Source: Azolla caroliniana (taxonomy: Eukaryota > Plantae > Polypodiophyta). From it: DNA of 64,000 nucleotides. Shown here one piece after another: positions 40,401-49,329 of this stretch; within the stretch, counting starts at the first letter, position 1, and the number at the start of each line of letters is the position of its first letter. A program made the translations under genes and the position numbers. Under the pieces are notes generated by a model. It was given only the letters and a program-made list of their open reading frames with translations. It did no database searches and was not told where the DNA came from. The DNA lies in NCBI GenBank assembly GCA_043228905.1, contig JBHGNT010000014.1, positions 18,228,001-18,292,000 of the forward strand, in the 5' to 3' direction.

Positions 40401-42796
40401 TCGTTCGAAGTTCGGACGTTGTGTTCAACGAGTCGGCTATGAATCCATCAGTCGAAACACCGATCGAAGTCCGAAGGGTAACATTTTCCGATGTGCCGAC
40501 CCTTCAAGAAGGCCCCGCTCTTAACACACGGTCAGCTTCACGGGTAGCTGAACCTTACACTACCGACTCGGACAACTCTGACTCGGCACAGCAGAATAAT
40601 TCGCTTTCGGACCATCCGACCTCGATACCCGATACGACCAGTCCAATCATACCTCGACGATCCGAGAGACTGTCGCAACCTCCGGAGAGGTATTCTCCTG
40701 GAATTTTCTTCACCGACGCCGGCGAACCGACGTCTTACGAAGAAGCATCGACATCTGTCGATTCAGCCACCTGGCATCTGGCAATGGAGTCGGAAATGCA
40801 CTCCATTCGGGCAAACAAGACTTGGGATCTGGTCGAATTACCTAAGAATCGACGTGCTCTTCCTTGCAAGTGGGTTTATCGACTAAAAGAGACGTCTGAT
40901 TCGACCACCCCAAAGTACAAGGCCAGATTAGTTGCGAAGGGCTTCCGACAAGAATATGGCGTCGACTTCGACGAGATTTTTTCACCAGTGGTGAAAATGA
41001 CAACCCTTCGTTTTCTACTCGGCGTAGTGGCAGCCGACAACTTGGAGCTGATTCAACTAGATGTCAAAACAGCCTTCCTCCATGGTGATCTTGAAGAGGA
41101 AATTTATATGGAGCAGCCAAAAGGCTTCGTGGCAATTGGCCAAGAACATCTAGTCTGCCGACTCAGGAAGAGTCTATACGGCCTCAAACAGGCACCGCGA
41201 CAATGGTACAAGAAGTTCGACGACTTCATCCAATCGATCGGCTTCTCAAAAAGCGATGAGGACCATTGTCTTTTTACCAACACAGCTCAAGATGGATCAC
41301 CCATCTTCCTCATCATTTACGTGGACGACATGCTAATTTCTGGACGCCACGCAGGCGAACTTGCCGATCTCATTCGGCAATTGCGATTGAAGTTTGCCAT
41401 GAAGGACCTCGGTCCGGCACGACACATACTTGGCATGAAGATTAGTCGGGATCGCGATAAACGACATCTTTTTTTGTCTCAGACCGACTATATCGGACGT
41501 GTCTTGGAACGCTTCAACATGCAATCAGCCAAATCTGCTTCAACCCCGCTCCCCATGAATCTTCGGCTCTCTCAGCGAGACTGCCCGACATCCGGTCCGG
41601 AGGGGGAAGATATGAAGTCGGTACCGTATGCACCGGCAGTCGGCTCCCTTATGTACCTGATGGTCGCGACACGGCCTGATATTTCTCATGCCGTAGGAGT
41701 CGTTAGCAGATTTATGCACAATCCTGGCCGATCGCATTGGAACGCAGTCAAGCATGTGTTCAAATATCTGGCTGGCACAAAAGACCACGGCATTCTTTTC
41801 GGTCCGAACTCAACCTCAGGCGTAGTCGGTTACACCGACTCGGACTTCGCCGGCTATATAGACAGTCGGAAATCAACAACTGGATACTGCTTCAAATTCG
41901 GCAATGGAGCAATTTCGTGGAAGTCGAAACTTCAGGAGTGCACAACGACCTCAACGACCGAAGCAGAATATGTAGCTACGTCCGACGCTGCAAAAGAAGC
42001 TTTGTGGCTCGGTCGGCTGGCGCACACGTTTCGACAAGTCGACCATGACTCGGCCCCAGTTGTCTATAGCGACAATCAAGGTGCTGTTGCCTTGTCGAAA
42101 AATCCGGTTCACCACAACGCCTCCAAACATATCGACGTTCGATATCACTTCGTTTGGGACTGCGTCATTTCAGGGAAAATCGGTCTAGAGAAAATATCCA
42201 CAACCGACAATGTCGCAGATGGAATGACCAAGTGTCTTTCGGCAGACCGCTTTCGGTCCCTTCGGCATCAGATGGGCGTAACGACAAACCAGTCCGGTTA
42301 GAGCCGGACACAGCGCAGGATGGTTTCAGACAACCGACATCAGTTCCTTAATGATCGGCTTCAACTCTTCCGACCCGACCAGTCCGGCCTTCTGCCTTCG
42401 GACCCTGCCGACTCGAACAAAACTGATATGTCCGAGAACCTAGGTTTATACCTGTAATCTTAGATAACCCATGTATACGCCCATTACGGGGGAGTGTCGA
42501 ATACAAGTGTATAATGGACGTATTCACACTATCCCTTTGTATAGCTCAAGTTTGGGCCATTTGTGTAATTAGCATAAATGGTAGTTGCCCTAAGTTTGTC
42601 ACTATATAAAGTGACCTAGTAACCTTTTTGTAAGGTTGGTTGTATTATTGTTTCTATTGAATAGAAAGAGTCTTTTGTGCCTCCTCTCTCTCTCTCTCTC
42701 TATCTCTGTGCACGATCTTCGATTCTGTCATACGCAGGTACTCAACCCCAATCGAATGCTACTTGATCTTCCGCATTGACGGCCTTGTCTTCAACA
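37428..42796 (+). mobile_element. Intact, very young Ty1/Copia LTR retrotransposon (Tnt1-like polyprotein)
   Basis: 302-bp LTRs at 37428-37729 and 42495-42796, identical by inspection; PBS TGGTATCAGAGC (tRNA-iMet) at 37732-37743; PPT CGGGGGAG; single 1343-aa ORF; flanks CAGGG/GTGCT show no TSD. Confidence 0.97.
38270..42301 (+). CDS. Copia gag-pol polyprotein, 1343 aa
   Basis: Gag with CNYCKKPGHIKADC knuckle, protease WLLDSGAS, LWHRRLGH/CEHC, integrase LVHSDVCGP/RTDNGGEF, RT QLDVKTAFLHG/YVDD, RNase H GYTDSDFAG/SKHIDVRYH. Confidence 0.97.
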   Translation: MTSTSGSSEMSLRKFDGSNFNFWKEQMQDYLIVKGQIDPIENEAPPEGYKPIEWQKLDRIVRATIRMHLSESVYFTVQSCTTAFELWKTLSDTYEKKVAATKMFLIRCLYNLRMKESDSVQAHLNEYESISSQISSQGTAIEDELRAMILMSSLPSSWETFVTTVCNASTTAVKYSEVTSAILTEAARRKSFTKDSTDDAYVVQGSTDRSNIRGRDSSRQPNNQRRRSQSRDNRICNYCKKPGHIKADCRALKNKNDKSQKSDKKSGRHEEINYVSFSADVLPNDPNILSIENPVGSEVLLTTEESSTWLLDSGASFHVTPHRSQFWQYTIRHSDSVQVGNSQHCDIIGIGTVELNLAGGSTLVLHNVRHVPELSRPLISVGQLDEDGIRAGFSSGGWTLHRGNLLLARGPKIHSLYPLHVTLREGNLFLVDIPVSSLWHRRLGHLSKAGITHLSRAGYIPKLSFSDHQFCEHCQYGKQAAASHPTSAPRETRPLDLVHSDVCGPMPHQSLGGASYFVSFIDDSTRKVWAYPIRTKDRVFSIFSDWLAMVENQTDRKLKCFRTDNGGEFKSEEFVKFCRQRGIRREFTAPHSPEQNRIAERMNRTIQERIVSMLQHSGLSDGFWAEALLTAVHIINMSPSRPLGLQIPQELWIGSKPNYDKLRIFGCEAYALIPKDDRRKLAPRSRKCIFIGYGSDGEMGYRLWDPERRQIVRSSDVVFNESAMNPSVETPIEVRRVTFSDVPTLQEGPALNTRSASRVAEPYTTDSDNSDSAQQNNSLSDHPTSIPDTTSPIIPRRSERLSQPPERYSPGIFFTDAGEPTSYEEASTSVDSATWHLAMESEMHSIRANKTWDLVELPKNRRALPCKWVYRLKETSDSTTPKYKARLVAKGFRQEYGVDFDEIFSPVVKMTTLRFLLGVVAADNLELIQLDVKTAFLHGDLEEEIYMEQPKGFVAIGQEHLVCRLRKSLYGLKQAPRQWYKKFDDFIQSIGFSKSDEDHCLFTNTAQDGSPIFLIIYVDDMLISGRHAGELADLIRQLRLKFAMKDLGPARHILGMKISRDRDKRHLFLSQTDYIGRVLERFNMQSAKSASTPLPMNLRLSQRDCPTSGPEGEDMKSVPYAPAVGSLMYLMVATRPDISHAVGVVSRFMHNPGRSHWNAVKHVFKYLAGTKDHGILFGPNSTSGVVGYTDSDFAGYIDSRKSTTGYCFKFGNGAISWKSKLQECTTTSTTEAEYVATSDAAKEALWLGRLAHTFRQVDHDSAPVVYSDNQGAVALSKNPVHHNASKHIDVRYHFVWDCVISGKIGLEKISTTDNVADGMTKCLSADRFRSLRHQMGVTTNQSG

Positions 42797-43575
42797 GTGC
42801 TGCCGGAAGCACTCGGGCATTCCTCAGAGCAGCGCGAGCATCACGAAACCTGCACAGAAAGAAGCTACGAAGAGTATGGAAGAGAGAGAAGCCTTCGATC
42901 GACAACCCGACAGCACTTCGTCCCCTCCCTAAAACGCGATCCCCTCCCCCTTCTCGTCTCCCCCCTTTTATAGGCAAGGAAGGAGCCGTTTCCCCTTTAC
43001 TTCCTACCCACTAAATCTACCTACCTAGGATCTCCTATGTACCTAATTCTCCCTTATGTACAATATAAGGCGTACGGGCATGAAGAGCCGGTTCCTACGC
43101 CCCGGTGCACCGATTCCGCTTGTGGACGGTTTTCTTCACGACAACGTTGTTCATGGCTTCAATCCATCGTGGATCCTTGGTTGCCTCGGAAAAGGTTTCC
43201 GATTCTCGGACTGTGGTCACCTTCATCATAAAGGCATAATGGTATGTCATATACTCATCGTAGTTGAAGCGGCTGACCAGGTTTTTCTCTCAGGTGGAGC
43301 GACGGAGTTTCTTGTTTGCAAACGTTATGGCCTTCTTCAGTCCATCTAATCATATGAGTGGGATGTTAGACCTTCGAACTCACTATCAAGAGAGTGAGTC
43401 GATTCATTGTCAATCAAATCTTCGTATTCCGGCATTTTGGCCTTCCCTTTGTCTAGCTTCGGACTCGGTCAAGATGTGCTTTGGTCACTCGGGGGCTCCT
43501 ATGGTTCACTCAACCTTGTCATAATCAGATTTTCTTCTAACATGCACCTGAGTCGATCTTGGTCTTCTATCTCGT

Positions 43576-44147
43576 TGTTGTGAGGATTTTTGGCCATGGT
43601 GAGAAAACCTGAGCGGAACGAATAAAACGAGATGTGCAACATTGCACATATACTTAGGAAAATTGTAACATAGGAGTAAATAGACAAATTGAAAGAAGGG
43701 GATTTGACCTCTCCTTTTGTAATGTGCCTCACCCCTTACTACTATAAAAGGGAGTGAGGGGTCTCTTGTGAAGGGGTTGCATATTTTGAGTGAGGAAGGG
43801 CTTCCACTTTTGGGTTTCTTTGGGTTGCCATTAGGGTTTCGGGTTTTAGGGTTTATTCTTCTTCTTTACCTATCCGGTTAGGGTTTCTTCTAGGGTTTGC
43901 TACGGCCTACACAGCCATGGTTGTAATTGTATATTGGATTCTTAATATAACTCGTTTGTGTATCTTGCCTCCATCTATTTCTTGTTCCACATTAATGTCT
44001 TATTCTTTCTCCTTTCCTCTTGAGCTCGAAGGTCGTAAGGGTTAAGCTCTCATTTCTCCTCTACTCCCTAGTCCAAGACCCCCGCGGTTCCGCCTAAGAT
44101 CCTACACGTACTCGTGGAATACCTGTGGTCCCGCCTAAGATCCAACA
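43576..44147 (+). mobile_element. Solo LTR (572 bp) without TSD, between two copies of a duplicated host segment
   Basis: TGTTG...CAACA inverted termini; CTATAAAAG at ~43742; TAGGGTTT-rich leader; flanks CTCGT / CGGTT. Confidence 0.75.
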
Positions 44148-45275
44148 CGGTTCGATTGTTCGGCTTGATTATAATCAGACTTCGACTCCTCTTGTCGGCA
44201 TCGCGATTATCGTCGTACTTCAACTCCTCTGGTCGGCATCGTGGCGGTTACTGTTGTTTCTCGGTGCCCCCCCTCAAGCGTGGCTGGTTTGAGATCGAGA
44301 GACCAAGATTCGTCGCGAAGTGCTACAACTTGTCTATACCCAGGGCTTTTGTGAAGATGTCGGCCACCTGAAGATTTGTGTTGATGTGTTGTAAATCGAC
44401 ATCTCCAGCTTGAACGTGTCGTTCATGGCTTCAATCCATCGTGGATCCTTCGATGCCTTAGAAAAGGTTTTTGGTTCTTGGATTGTGGTCACCTTCATCA
44501 TAAAGGCATAATGGTATGTCATATACTCATTGTAACCGAAGCTGTTGACCAGGTTTTTCTCTCGGGTGGAGCAACGAAGTTTCTCGTTTGTAGACGTTAT
44601 GGCCTTCTTTGCTCCATCTGTTCGGATGAGTGGGATGTCAGACCTTCAAACTCACTATCAAGAGAGTGAGTCGACTCATTGTCAATCGGATCTTCGTATT
44701 CCGGCATTTTGGCCTTCCCTTTGTCTAGCTTCGAACTCGGTCAAGATGTGCTTTGGTTACTCGGGGGCTCCTATGGTTCACTCAACCATGTCGTAATCAG
44801 AGTTTCTTCTAACATGCACCTGAGTCGATCTTGGACTTCTATCTCGTGTTCAGTTGATTCCGGGTCGAATGGGGTTGGAGTCTACGTCATCTCTAGCTCA
44901 TACTAGGATGTCGACTCATCGAAAACAACGTCTCAACTCACATTTGTACCCCAAAGCCTTTTGTTCGAGTGAGTATCCTACGAGGATACATTTGTCCTAC
45001 TTTGGGTCTAGCTTTTGTCACGTCTCGTCGGGAATATGCATATAGGCAATCGAGCCGAATATTTGGATATGTGATAGATCCGGCTTCTTTCCGGAAAAAT
45101 TCTCATGAGAGGTTACGTCGTGTATCCTAGAGGTTGTACATTTGTTCATGAGATAGACGGTTGTGTTAGCCGCTTCTGCCTAGTATGATTTCGGCAGGTT
45201 CTTCTCGTTCATCTTTGCCCTTGCCACCTCTACTATGTGCCGATTCTTTTGTTCGGCTACTCCGTTTTGTTGAGG

Positions 45276-46053
45276 TGTGTGTCGGTGTGATGTTGATCAC
45301 AGCATACGCGTGCAACGGAAAAGAAAATGCAAATTTGTGAAGTAAGCACCAGGCTTCTTGTGAAAGAAAGAGGAGAAACAAAATAGCTTGTATTGATATT
45401 CCAAGATGAGTACCATAGTATTTCTCGTCTACTGTTATTCCCCCCTTTGATAAGATTACTCACCCCCTTTTTATACATGAGGAAGGTGGGTGTATGAGTG
45501 CCAAGTGTCACCCATGCATGAGAAAAGTGAGTGCATGAGTGCCAAGTGTCACCCATGTATGAGAGGCACCTAGATTAGTGGGTAATAGCTTTAATGGCTA
45601 AAATACTTGATAGTGACAATAACAAGTGTGTTGATAATAGGTATTTAGCTTTAAAAGTGTAATAGCTTTAATAGCTAAAATATTTGTTGGTGATAAAAAA
45701 TGTGCTTTGAACAGGTATTTAGCTTTAATAGCTTTAAAAACGAAAATACCTGATAGTGATAATAAATGTGCTTTGAATAGGTATTTAGCTTTAAAAGTGG
45801 GTAATAGTTTTAATAGTTAAAATAGCTTATAGTGACCATAACAAGTGTGTTGATAATAGGTATTTCGCTTTAAAATATTTTACTCGATATTATGTTTTAT
45901 CGTATATTCAACTACCTATTATCATCCTATGGTGAATGTTCTTATCAAGTTATTAGCTATCGCTTAGCTAAAGAACCATTTACAAATATTTGAATCGGTT
46001 CATATAATTTGGTAGATGTTATTTTCTCATCTTGGCACGAAAACGTCATGACA
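45276..46053 (-). mobile_element. Solo LTR (778 bp) inserted in the outer Copia integrase
   Basis: TGTGATG...CATGACA termini; interrupts GIRQEFSC|RHTPQQNG; 4-bp TSD TCGG/TCGA; TATA on the minus strand at ~45470; internal tandem repeats at 45495-45560 and 45575-45880. Confidence 0.82.
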
Positions 46054-47685
46054 TCGACACGAGAATTCTTGTCGAATTCCTTCCTTTCGGAGATATGTTG
46101 TAAATCGTCTGAGAAATACTCCTTGCCTCCATCCAATCGAAGGCACCGAACATGCCAACTTGTGGCTTTTTCGACTTCGTTTTTAAACCTTTGGAAGTGT
46201 TCGAACACTTCACTCTTCTGCTGCATAGGATAGATCCAAACATGCCTCGAGAAATTGTCGATGAATGTGACATAGTATCGGCAACCACCAAATGTTGTTG
46301 TCTGGGTTGGTCCCCACACATCTGAATGTACTACATCCAAGATCCCTTTGCTCACATTCCTCTCTTTCGGGAACGTTTTTCGATGTTGTTTGTCGAATTG
46401 ACAAGCTTCACATACACCAACTATCCCCTTAAGAGTTCGATTACGACTCCTTTCGATTGCATTCCTTTAAGCTTTTGGAGATTGATGTACCCAATTCTCT
46501 TGTGCCACAGTTTCATGTCGGTTTCGACTTTGAGGCTTTTGGTGAACATAGCCGACTTCACCTCGTTCGATTCAAGGTTAAACATTTAGCCTTCTCTTCA
46601 GCCATGAGCTATCAATCGGCCTTCTTTCTCAATAAAGCACCCTTCATTATTGAATCATACTTGCATGCCTTGTTTGACAATTTGGCTTACCGAGACCGGG
46701 TTTTTCGTGATGGTTGGGACTGCAATACATTCTTTAGGTAAGTTTGTTTGCCCTCGTTCCCAAATGGGACATTTCCGATATTCCGAATTCGAATGAGTTG
46801 TGTCGTCTTTGGTTTCGACATAGTCGGGTCGATCGGGCTTTCTCAATTCTTGGAACCAATCTTCATGAGATGTCATGTGATTGAATGCTCCTAAGTCTAC
46901 AAACCTTACATCATTTGAGGAGGAGGTGCTTGTTGGGCCCTATGCCGACATCGAATGTGATTTATGCCTCATTACGAACAAACCCTAAACCCATAGTTCG
47001 GGAGTTGTCGACTAGTCAAAGCCGACTCCCGTTGCTTCTTTCTGCACTCCACGTCGTAGTGGCCGAGTTTCCCATAGTACCCGCATTGGATCGGGTTGTT
47101 GTGATGGCTCGGTCCGGCAGAATGGCTCCCCCTTCTGCCGAACTCCCTAGGATTGTTCCTATCATCTTTCCATTGGTGGGAATTGCGTCCTCGGGTCAGT
47201 TGACCCTGTTGCCCTCGATCGAATCGACCTTTATTTCCTCTGTTGAATCCTCTTCTATCATCTGACTAGGAGTAGAGCATCTGACCATCTAGTGCGTTGC
47301 TCTTTTGTTTGGCGAAATTTTCTTGCACCAGTAGTATAGATTGAAGGTCGAAAAAGAAAGGAGGTCCTCCCTTGTGAGAATGGTCGATCTGATTGTGTCG
47401 ATTCGAGGTGCCAAGCCGCCAACGCATATTTGCACCATTTCGTCATCATCGATGATGACATTTATTTACCCAAGGGTATCACACAACTCCTTGATCTTCA
47501 AGGTGTCATTGGTGATTGACATGTCCCTCTATTGCATGTTATTCAACTCTTGTCGGAGTTGGAGCTTTCTTGCGGTCGTATTGGCCACAAAGATCTTCTA
47601 GAGATTGCCTCAAGCTTCTTTCGGCGTTTTCGTCTCTCGAATATAGGAGAGCATGTGATCGGGCAGATGATTCAAGGCAATACAT

Positions 47686-48690
47686 TGTCAGGGTGGTTGT
47701 GATTCATGCGGCGAAGTCGCAGGGACTAAGGTTAAAGGGAGTCGGCTATATATTTTATAAGGCTTTGTGCATCGATGTTAGGAAGATTAAGGATACGAAG
47801 AAGAAGAGTTAAAAAGTATTGTGTGACAAAGAGAGAAACGTAGATAAGAGACAGAGACAATATATGACTTAAGAAGAAAGAGTATATGATATGAACATGA
47901 GTTATATTAAGAATATAAGATTTTACCACAAAGATTAAGGATAACATGAATAAAAGTTGAAAGTAATGTACGAGTGAGAGACGAGCAAGGATGAGAGATA
48001 TAGACAATGTATGATTGAAGAGATAAAAAAATATGATGAGAAATATGTATTATATTAAAAACTAAGGATTTGACCAAAGTTACAATGTCGGTACGATCAT
48101 AAGATTGTGACTTTTGTTTTGTTGAACCATGGATTTGAACCTTTGACTCCTACTTCGAAACGCGAGCCTCTTCATTGTATGAACTAGCTTCTTTTCTTCT
48201 TATTTGATTCTTATTTCCCTCCTGATTCCCCATTCTTGTACTTTCCTTCCCCCTCTTTATATAATTATTCTCATGCAAATGATAATGTGTGGCTGCATAA
48301 CATGCATGTGATGCATGATCGCCATTTGGCACACATGCGTTACATGTGATGCATGACAATCATCATGCTTATCTAAGCTCCTATGTATGAAAAATATATG
48401 GGATAAGCATAGTGATGGACATATGACTCTAAAACAAATAACCTAGCTTAGTGGTGTATGCTTTGTGCTTAATATAAAGGTTCAAATCCCTCAATTTTAC
48501 TTAATACAATATTAGGTTTATTTTTATATAGTGAAGCACATTCTTGACAATGTTTCTAAAAACAAATAGCCTACCCTAGTGGTATATACATTGTGCTTGG
48601 TTTATAAGGTTGTGGGTTCAAGTGTTTGAAATATTACTGAATAAAATATTTAAGTTTATTTTTATATCGTGAAGCAAATCCTTCACGACA
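47686..48690 (-). mobile_element. Solo LTR (1005 bp) inserted in the outer Copia gag
   Basis: TGTCAGGG...CTTCACGACA, sharing its 10-bp end with the Gypsy LTR; 4-bp TSD ACAT at 47682-47685 and 48691-48694; TATATAAAGAGG on the minus strand at ~48252-48263. Confidence 0.85.
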
Positions 48691-48972
48691 ACATCACATG
48701 ACTTGCGGCATGCTCCGAGGCTGGGTAATCGACGTGTGTTGGGTTGGGTTGTGCTTCGTGAGCTCCCTCTATATAGCTCCAATAACATGTCTGACAAGGT
48801 ATTGATGCATCTTGTATTCCCAAGATGCGAAGTTTGTTCTATCGAGCTTCTCTATAAGAAGAGTGATTCCCATCTGAGTTGTTGCTTGAACTGATTCTAT
48901 TGATCATTGATATAGGACACAACACAACACGATTGAATAGGTTCGATCAGAAAACCACATGCTCTGATACCA

Positions 48973-49015
48973 TGCAAAGAATCATGAGTGTAGGAGATGA
49001 TGTGTAATGGAAGTG

Positions 49016-49092
<77 letters not shown>

Positions 49093-49329
49093 TGTGTGTG
49101 TGTGTGTAAGACAAACAAAGAGAGACAGAGGGAGAGAGCTTGGAACAAGAAGCTATATTGGTAAAAGATAGAACTACATCCAACAACAACTAAGTTACAA
49201 GGAGTTGGTTTAAATACCAACCAGTCTAGACCAAGTGCCCTTTCTACTAATTACAAAACTAGCCTAGTATGATGTCCACTGGCTAGTGTGAACACTATCT
49301 CTATGGGAAGTTGAGTTCGGTTCTCAACA
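48973..49329 (-). repeat. 5' LTR of the outer Copia, with expanded (GT)n(GA)n(GT)n
   Basis: Adjacent to the PBS; homologous to 34514-34804. Confidence 0.9.

Larger units (their letters stand above)
35165..43143 (-). mobile_element. GC-rich Ty3/Gypsy element, non-chromovirus-like, with gag-RT deleted and replaced by the inner Copia
   Basis: 3' LTR 35165-35810 (TGTCGAGG...CTTCACGACA); partial 5' LTR 42797-43143 equals 35464-35810; PPT GGTGGGGGCGGA on the minus strand; 4-bp TSD ACGT at 35161-35164 and 43144-43147. Confidence 0.9.
34514..49329 (-). mobile_element. Old degenerate Ty1/Copia element hosting the nested cluster
   Basis: 5' LTR 48973-49329 and 3' LTR 34514-34804 (TG...CA, clearly homologous); PBS TGGTATCAGAGC on the minus strand at 48961-48972; TSD GTCAG/GTCAC. 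Fragmented gag (~47250-48880), protease/GAG-pre-integrase (~46450-46900), integrase (LDVVHSDVWGP, RHTPQQNGVAE; ~44950-46355) and RNase H end (~35000-35160). Confidence 0.9.

Noticed and set aside
48430-48630. Functional tRNA gene
   Set aside because: A/B boxes are present but I could not build a convincing acceptor stem or cloverleaf
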